Source: Macrostomum lignano (Eukaryota). Taken from it: a DNA stretch of 64,000 nucleotides. The stretch covers positions 62,001-126,000 of the forward strand of contig NIVC01000684.1 of NCBI GenBank assembly GCA_002269645.1, given 5' to 3'. The position numbers and the translations under genes are program-made. Shown here piece after piece: positions 55,965 through 64,000 of this stretch; the stretch's first letter is position 1; each line of letters opens with the position of its first letter. Under the pieces are notes generated by a model, which did not search any database, had not been told where the DNA came from, and saw only the letters and a program-made list of their open reading frames with translations.

Positions 55965-57800
55965 CACTACTAAGATTTGAAACCAGGTCACTACATTAGC
56001 AGTCCAATGTGTTCACATCTAGGCTAGCTCTCATTGAATTTATAAATGAATTTGTAGGACTTATAATTCAACACTCATACCAAGTCAATTGAGTAAAAGT
56101 CACACAAAGCAGTTATGATATAATCAATTTCTCAGGCAAGTCAGTTCCAGTCTCTATTAAAGTTAGCAATATAATCAAGTATTGTGCTGTGCTTCCACAC
56201 TGCATTTTCAATACTGTGACACAATTCAATTCAGTGTCAAAATTCAGCCAATATACACAGACAATAAATAAATCTATTTCAGAATCAGAATTCAACCAGT
56301 CAGTTTTTTCTCTAGCATTCTTACAATGCATTTCAAGTTGAAAGAGCTGCTTGACCTTAGCAAAAAAGCATGTTTTTTTAATCCCTTTAGCATCAAGCAA
56401 TTTCTTAGCCACAATGCATATACCATCACAGAAAAATTTCCTCTTGAACTGTGCAGGTTCAAACAAAATTGATTTAGCCAATTTATACTTTTACAAGTAA
56501 CAAATAGACAAAAAAATAGTAGACATTTCCTCTAAAAAGAAAACATCCCAAGATAGCAAGCATCCCCAGACAGCATGCAAGCATCTCCTAGATAGCAAGC
56601 ATCCCCCAGATAGCAAGCATCCCCCAGATAGCAAGCTCTTCCCAAATACAATAGCAAGCACCTCCAAATACAATAGCAAGAAGCATCTTCCAGATAGCAA
56701 GGATCACCCACATAGCAACCCCTCCCCCCAAGATAGCAAGTACCCCCCCCCTGAGAGCAAGCCTTTTGCCTCCCCAATATCAAGCATCCCCCAGATAGCA
56801 AGAATCCCCCCATATAGCAAGCATCCCTGTATACAAAGAATCCTTATAGATAGCTATAGCAATGCCCTCTCAGATAGAAAGCACCCTCCACTCCAAGAGC
56901 AAGCATCCTCCAATATTAAGTTACCCCAGATAGCAAGCATCCTTCCTATAGCAAGCATCCCCCTGATAGCAGTAATCTATCCTTAAATAGCAAGCATCCA
57001 CCAAGACAACAAGTAGCTATCAAAAGACCAATATCTTTTGCTTTGTAGTGGCTCCTTTATTTTTGGCATGAAGCTGCTTTTTACGAGTACATTTGAAATG
57101 GTGTCTCTTTTATGTTTGAAATGGTGACTATTTTATGTTTGACATGGTGGCTTTTATGTTTGACATGGTGGCTCTTTATTGTTTGACATGGCTCTTTAAT
57201 ATTCAACATTGTGGCTCTTTAATCTTCGACATGGTGGCTCTTTTATGTTTGGCACAGTGGCTCTTTAATGTTTAGCATTTTGTGTTTTAAGGTGTTTCAA
57301 TAAAAATATTATTTTGCACTATTAAGATTCAAACCCAGGTCACTACATTAGTAGTTCAGTCTGTTCGCATCTAGGCTATCTCTTTTCAATTGGGGAACTC
57401 GAATTGTGGCCCTTATAATTCAATACTTACAGCAAGTTGGTTAGAATAAAAAGTTAATATAACATAATCAATTTCTTAGTCAGCCAGTATCAGTCTCAAT
57501 TTAAGTTAGCAATATGGTTACATAATTTCAATCAAGTCTTGTGCACATTTCTTCAACACTGTTTTCAACTTGTTGTGATGTAATCTGTCAGAATCAAAAT
57601 TCAATTCAGTCAGTCAGTTTTTTCTAGCATTCTTACAATGCATTTCAAGTTGAAAATTTTGCTTGACCTTTGCAAAAAAGCAAGTTTTTTTGAATATTTA
57701 ATCCCTATAACATTAAGCAATTTCTTAGCCAAGATGCATATACCATCCTTGGAAAATTTCTGATTGAATGGTGCAAGTTTGAAGAAAATCAGTTGAGCCA
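55965..57800. repeat. Diverged direct duplication of about 500 bp (55965-56490 vs 57320-57800), with a tRNA-like A/B-box head on the minus strand
   Basis: Shared CCAGGTCACTACATTAG..CATCTAGGCTA and TTTTTCTAGCATTCTTACAATGCATTTCAAGTTGAAA; the minus strand reads TAGCCTAGATG...GGTTT[G/C]AA[T/A]C. Confidence 0.6.
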
Positions 57801-58860
57801 TTTTTTCTCTAATCAATTGCATACCCATATACATACATACAAACAACTCATTTTTAGGATATAAGAAAGGAAATAACTAACTTGATAACTCCTTTCAAAA
57901 GATTTTTAAAGGTCTAAGAATGTGAATGCAAGTTTGTAGGTAAAAACAAAATAACTGATTTATCTAGGAAGAAATTTGCTCATATATATAGGGTCCTGAA
58001 GGGGTGCATTTATAACAAAAAATAATTATCACCAATATTTTGTGTAGTAAAACAAAAATAAAATTGTTTCTAATTTTTGCACAAGCTTAACATGGCTAGG
58101 CCTACTATTTAACTATTTTTTAGTGTAAATTATAGCAAGAACTATATAAAACTACAATCAATATTATTAGGCAGACAGAAATAGGCAAATATAGACTAAA
58201 CAATATGAGTACAGGCTAGTACAATTATCAATTACAATTATCAACTATTATTAATAAAACTGAAAACAAAACTAGGCCTAGTATAGTGAATGGGTATAAA
58301 CCTATAAATGAAAAGCTATAAAAACAATGGTTGTAAGTGCAGATAAGAAACTAGCCATGGTTTTGATAGTATAGAAAAATGTTTAAGTTCTGTGACTATT
58401 TGAGTTATAAATCTATTGCATTTGCCCTATGCCTATCTATGTTAGCCTATGCCTATGCCCCTACTTATGAAATTATTTATTAATTATATAACATACTAAA
58501 CTATTAGGCATGTAGCCAGGATTCACATTAGGGGGCTTCCAGACAGTCTGGCAACAAGACGATCTAGTGACAGACAGTTCGCTGGATTGACTGTCACTGG
58601 ATTGTCTGTTACCAGATTGACTAGGCTATTGCTAGATCGTCTGTTGCCAGATTGTCTTGTTGCCAGATTGACTGGATACCACAACTGGATAGGCCTACCA
58701 CATTAGGGGGGAGGAGAGAAGACAATTTATCTCTAATAGAAGTGATGGAAGCAAAATATAAAGGCATTTAAAAAATTTCCCCTTCCAGCCAGGGGGGACA
58801 TATCCCCAGTGTCCCCCCCTTGGCTATACCCCTGCAAAGTACAAACTATAAATTCTATAA

Positions 58861-59528
58861 GGCAGTGCTTATCCCCACGGTACCGTAGGAATAATTTCTG
58901 TCTTATTCCAACGGTACCGTGCGAATAATTTTCTGCTTATCCGCACGGCACACTGACGAGATAGCTGCCCTATCTTCTACATATGCCGTGGGAATAATTT
59001 TCTGCTTATCCGCACGGCACACTGACGAGATAGCTGCCCTACATGTCCTCTGTTTTATTCCCTCTGCTTTACTAGCTGCCCTATCGGTTTTTATCTGCTA
59101 CATATATATGCTGTGCGTGAATAGTTTATAGCTTATTGAAAGGGAATTTGAACTGAGGATACTAAGAAGCTGTTGATCTTGATGTATAAACTCGAATCAG
59201 TTCTAGACTAGTATATGCATGTGTAAATGCGTGTTATTCTGCTTTACTGATACCCTTCTGTATACTTATTCAACAATAATTCAACAAAGTTGTTATACTG
59301 CACTCAAATCGTATGTACTAAACTTCCCACACGGCATATGTAGAAGATAGGGCAGCTATCTCGTCAGTGTGCCGTGCGGATAAGCAGAAAATTATTCGCA
59401 CGGCATATGTAGAAGATAGGGCAGCTATCTCGTCAGTGTGCCGTGCGGATAAGCAGAAAATTATTCGCACGGTACCGTTGGAATAAGACAAAAATTATTC
59501 CTACGGTACCATGGGGATAAGCACTGCC
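58861..59528. mobile_element. Non-autonomous Mutator/foldback-type element (668 bp)
   Basis: TIRs of about 180-200 bp starting GGCAGTGCTTATCCCC, built from internal tandem modules of about 70 bp; exact 9-bp TSD ATTCTATAA (58852-58860 and 59529-59537). Confidence 0.9.
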
Positions 59529-60869
59529 ATTCTATAATCATGGTATACTTTAGTTTAGAAGTTATATAGGCCATTACTATAATTTAACCCAAAAGCCATG
59601 CAAATAAATTGGTAGGCCTGTTAAAAAAGCATTGGGTGGATGTAAAGCCTTTTTTAAGTTTTTTAGGCCTAGGCCTATCAAAATTTTCCAATCAGTGCTA
59701 ATTAATTTTCTCATTATCAACTTAACTTAGGCCTAAGAACATACATTTCTAATGAAAACTGGTCTGGTCTAGTTTTTACAGTTCAGGTAACTTTGTCAAG
59801 TGATATATTGCCATATTAAATACTGCAGCAGCATAACTAGATTTGACTCGAAAAATGGTTTTTATCATTAAAAGGTGCATATTTGGTGTTCAGAATGCTG
59901 TCTGAACGTCCGAATAACTACAGTACAGCCGTCACAGTGTGATTATTGTAGGACCTGCTGACAAAGTCAAACAACAGCAGCACACCCGTACACTACACTG
60001 ACAAAAATCATGATAAACATTATAAAGACAAGACCTGGATTCCTTAATTTTCTTTAAAATTTTTGCTTGAAATGAACGTTGAAAAATATTAGACTCAACA
60101 CGTGATCGAACGCTCAAAGGTGCAAGAATTTGTAAAAATTATACTAAACAGCGTACATAAATCCTTATAAAAATCTACTTTAAACTTTGGATGCGGTATT
60201 TAAAAGTATATTTGTTATACTTTTTGAAGAAATAAATGTTTCCGTTCGGAACTAGAAAGATTTCGAATACTTTTGATTGATGAAATATTCGATTTTCGAA
60301 AAGTCACAAGTGATAAAGCTCTCCGTTACAAATTGGAATGTTTAATGCTTAAATAACTGCAAATATAAAGCATATTTCTATCATAAAAATAGTTCACTTT
60401 TTACGTTTTCTCACATCTTAGGTCGAGGCTGTTAGGTACATATTTTAGGATCGTATAATCATTTTTAATGACTGTGGTTTTTTAATGACTTAGCTGACTA
60501 TAGTTAGCGTGTTGCTGCTAGGATCGGCTTTTATTAATTGGGTTCCTGATCATTATCAGACGTACAATTTATTTTTTCACAGAAGGGTATCAGAAAGATT
60601 TTTTTAGCTCTTCAATAAGCTTTTATATTTGCCTGTACGACCTAAATGGTGTGTTTGGGCGCCATTATTTGGGCTGCATGCAGGGACTACTTAAACTAGT
60701 TTAAATAGTCGCTGGCTGCATGCGGAAACGACAAAAAGCAGGCCATCTCGATCGATCATGTACTGTACATGTATATGTACGCTTTATACAGGTATGCCAT
60801 ATTTTCGTGATTTTGCCGCGCTGTTTAAAACTGCCGCAACATCACGCTGCATGGCTCTGCAGTCCTTTT

Positions 60870-62170
60870 GATACTGATTAATCTACTGAAATATTCAATC
60901 GCATTCGCAATTCGGTCTAGCGTCCGCCAAAGCGGCGTCCTCGGCGCTACAACCGCGTGCTAGGGTCATCGACACCGACTATAGCTTTGCCGTCATTCCC
61001 GTACAGCAATCCGACGCCCCGACGCCCGACGCGCCCGACGCCCGACGCCCCGACGCCCGACGCCCCGACGCCCGACGCCCCGACGCCCGACGCCCGACCG
61101 AGACGGGATTGCACTCAGCATCAATAGCAGCAGTGTGCTGCAGTTCGATCCGACGTGAAACAGGCAGTCTCGCACTGAGATGCATGCGACCAGCTGTTCT
61201 ATCTGAATCGCCAGGGAGTTGCCTTTTGATGATTCCACTAGATCTAATTTCACTAGACCCGATGCCAGAAGGAGCATTGGCAATCTGGTCCATATGAAGG
61301 ACGAAATAGACTCATTCCTTTGCAACTAGCAGGCGACATTGAGGACGAACGCACTGGAAGGAGCTGCTGGAGTTCTTCGCCACCCATCATGAACGCGCCG
61401 CTATCCCCGCTGCCAGACAGCCTGACGCTGCCACCGGAGAAGTTGATGCCGGAGGAGGAGAGTTCCAGAGTGCAGCACGTGCCAGTTTGCCCAGCCGAAA
61501 TTGTGAAGCTCTCGCAACACATTTGCCAGAGTGATGAGCCGATCGAGTGGTCTAATTGTTAAAAAGGTACACGTGGAACACAGCACAGAGGTACGATCAG
61601 CGTTTAAGAATCTCTATTCTTAAAGCATCTGCCTTTGGTCCTGCGCTGGGAAACTGTTCAAACGGATGCTGTTATCTCTGTTGCCAGTTAATTGCAGCCG
61701 GTGCTATCTGTAGCTGCTATACCTGAGCAGTGTTGGAGTCTGTCTGATGGTCAATATATATACAGTTCGATACACGTGTACAGAAGACCTGCGTAGGGGA
61801 CGACATCGAGGCGGAAATTTTGTGCCGAGGCGCTGACGGACAGCTGCGACTACGGAACTTTCGTGATGTCAGCATGGTTGGCTACATAAGCGGTCTTGTT
61901 GACGACGTCCGCGAGGATCTGCGATGGCGCTGCGGTCTTGCCTATATGCTGCCTTTTTCTGAAAGTATGGTCCTGCAGTTTAAGGACTGAAAGGCGCCAT
62001 TGTTCCAGGCGGTCGTCGAGACCGTCCTGCCTTACAACGTCGAGATCTGGAAGATAACATACTCACTCGAACAGCAAGTTGACTCGTCGATCTGCTGCGA
62101 ACAGCCTCAAGATGGTCGAAGAGTATACCAATAAGACGTCACTGTACCATTGTCGGCGACTCGAGCTGCT
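60870..62170 (+). mobile_element. Decayed, internally deleted non-LTR (RTE-like LINE) ORF2 remnant
   Basis: Frame-shifted fragments MNAPLSPLPDSLTLPPE..PAEIVKLS, CRGADGQL..GLVDDVREDLRWRCGLA and LFQAVVETVLPYNVEIWK..SLEQQVD resemble the pre-RT linker and the RT C-terminus (LFRAAVESVLLYGSETWTLT-type). Contains a (CGACGCCC)n expansion at about 61015-61098. Confidence 0.75.
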
Positions 62171-62929
62171 TGACTGTGAAGGAGGCATGCAAGCACCATA
62201 CTGTAGTAACAGGACCAAAAACTCAAAGATCGTGTAATATTTTAGAGGCCTATTTCCTGGAAAAAATACACAGCGCCAGTGAAGATTACAATTCCTTTTA
62301 ATTTAGCAAGCATGAAAGCACAGCATACTATCATGTTACATTTTGTACTGCTGTGTAGTAAAAGTTTCGTTTTCATATTATTTTCTAGTTCTTAGTTTAT
62401 AAACCCAAAGTTGTAAATTACTCTCAACAGACATTACCCTTGTTTTTTCTTCTTAAATCAAGTAAGCAGCTCATATTTGAATTAAATGTGTCATATGCAG
62501 GTACACTTAAGCGATTATATTTTACGTATAATTCCATTTCAATGCATAGAAGTTCCTATACGAGCGTGCACATACACAGCAATTGTATTCATGGTGTGTT
62601 GCATTGCATACATGTAGGTGTCGGAAAGATTATCGGAAAATATTGAACATTTTCGGAAGGGCAGAGGTCAGTAATTGCAACCATTGTTGACCATTCAATG
62701 CTGTTTTGCAATTATGTTTATTTGCTATTCAAAGAGATTTTCAAAAAATTTCGACAGCTTATTCAGTTGCCTGATAAAGTCATATGAAACCCGATTGTCA
62801 AATGAGAATCACCAGTACTTATATATGGTTCTTGCGCCGTTGGTATATTTTTATTAGTTCAGAATAATTATAGCCTCAACACAGATAGTTTGCTCCAGTT
62901 CAAGTCGTCTGTCTATCAGTGCTGCTTGG

Positions 62930-63246
62930 TCACTTGTCGTTGGAGCAGCCGTACCAGTTGCAGAACGGTCGCTTGGCGATGACACGTTTCATCAGTTCCG
63001 TGGCCCGCTCCTCCGCGTCGAGGTCACCTTCCGGCATGTCGCCCGGCTCAATCTAAATCGCGAGATTAAAACACTTGAAACAAATAATTCATATCAATAC
63101 TAATTTATGCAACAAAGTGAGATGCTCACCCTCATTCGCATAGGAGCCGCTTTGAGTCGACTGGCCTGGACAGACTGGGTTAGCTGGGTGACGCACAGTG
63201 TGGCCAGCAGCACACAGAGCGCGACTTTGCCAGACAATTGAAGCAT
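62930..63246 (-). CDS. CCAP-like neuropeptide precursor; join(63246..63130,63052..62930), 79 aa; mature peptide PFCNWYGCSN(DK)
   Basis: Signal peptide MLQLSGKVALCVLLATLCVTQLTQSVQA; phase-0 GT-AG intron of 77 bp; acidic spacer; dibasic KR sites; then PFCNWYGCSNDK*. Compare arthropod CCAP PFCNAFTGC-amide and molluscan PFCNSYGCYNS. Confidence 0.85.
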
Positions 63247-64000
63247 GCTCTCTCTTGGTTGATGCCTTGAAATATCTCTTTTTAAAAAGCTGCAGTTGTT
63301 GCGCGTCAAATGACGAAGAGCTGGCGAAATCATCCGGGGAGTGGGGAGTTTTATTTGTCAGGTTTTGTTGCTGGGCAGAGCAGCGTCTCAGTGGCTGCTT
63401 CTCACACAGCCAATCGTTGCGGTAGGGGCCGGATAATTCAATACAGCGATGTCGATTATTAACACGACGTATATTTCTACCGGTAATTGATTTTTGTTTT
63501 ACTGAGCGAAATATTTTACGCAACGCATGCAGTAGATCAGCATCACCATAAAAAACCTTTATGAAGATGATTTACTCTTTCGTTTTGAGTGACTCGATCA
63601 GGTGATTGACAATATTTTATGAGATGGTAAGGTATAGAATACAAGCTATGACTGTTGCTGCAACAAACTTCTCATGAAACTTTTCTCATTTGGAAACTTT
63701 GCAGAATTACAAATTTCAGAGCTAGCCGAGATTCTGAAGTTTTTGATGAAAAAAATACATGTAAAAAAACGTTGAGCTTTCAATGGTTTATTCCCGCACA
63801 CAGACGAGTGCTCAGAGTATGGCGAGCCTAATTTCGAGTAACCGCATGAACTAGCCATCGCTGCTTGCTTAAGCAATCTAGAAAGAGAGGGTGACGAACT
63901 GGCAGCATCAGTCGCTGACTCCCAATGGACCAGAAGTTAGAGAATTTAATGTCAGTACATCTGGACTCCTTGTCTACACTGTGGAGGAGTTGGAAGAACT

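Noticed and set aside
60979-61586. Minus-strand ORFs as candidate 5' exons of the RhoGAP
   Set aside because: They are antisense to the decayed LINE ORF2 on the plus strand and include a microsatellite.

Overview
Intron-containing, minisatellite-rich animal DNA. I infer a free-living flatworm such as Macrostomum from the style of the RTE-like LINE remnant, the repeat density and signs of spliced-leader (SL) usage; the sequence alone cannot prove this. Plus-strand genes assembled by hand from GT-AG sites with consistent phases: glutathionyl-hydroquinone reductase (Xi-class GST, 2 exons), FAM185A (3 exons), PTRHD1 (no genomic ATG), an intronless 2485-aa ferlin, a D-amino-acid/D-aspartate oxidase (6 exons, PTS1) and a TAL/SCL-family bHLH (2 exons). 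Minus-strand genes: two orphan terminal exons, a tandem pair of CUB-like + C-type-lectin surface proteins (3 exons each), a RhoGAP (at least 5 exons) and a 79-aa CCAP-like neuropeptide precursor whose peptide-coding exon the ORF track misses. Mobile DNA: a piggyBac transposase pseudogene, several TIR MITEs with 8- or 9-bp TSDs, a long-palindrome MITE family, a tRNA-type SINE family and a decayed LINE. More than 15 different tandem-repeat arrays account for most long ORFs in the track, which are artefacts. The most interesting leads are: an SL-donated start codon (PTRHD1, and possibly a mitochondrial presequence for the GHR), the CCAP-like peptide gene, a RhoGAP exon enclosed by inverted minisatellite arms, and an intronless ferlin that has lost its Ca2+-binding aspartates.
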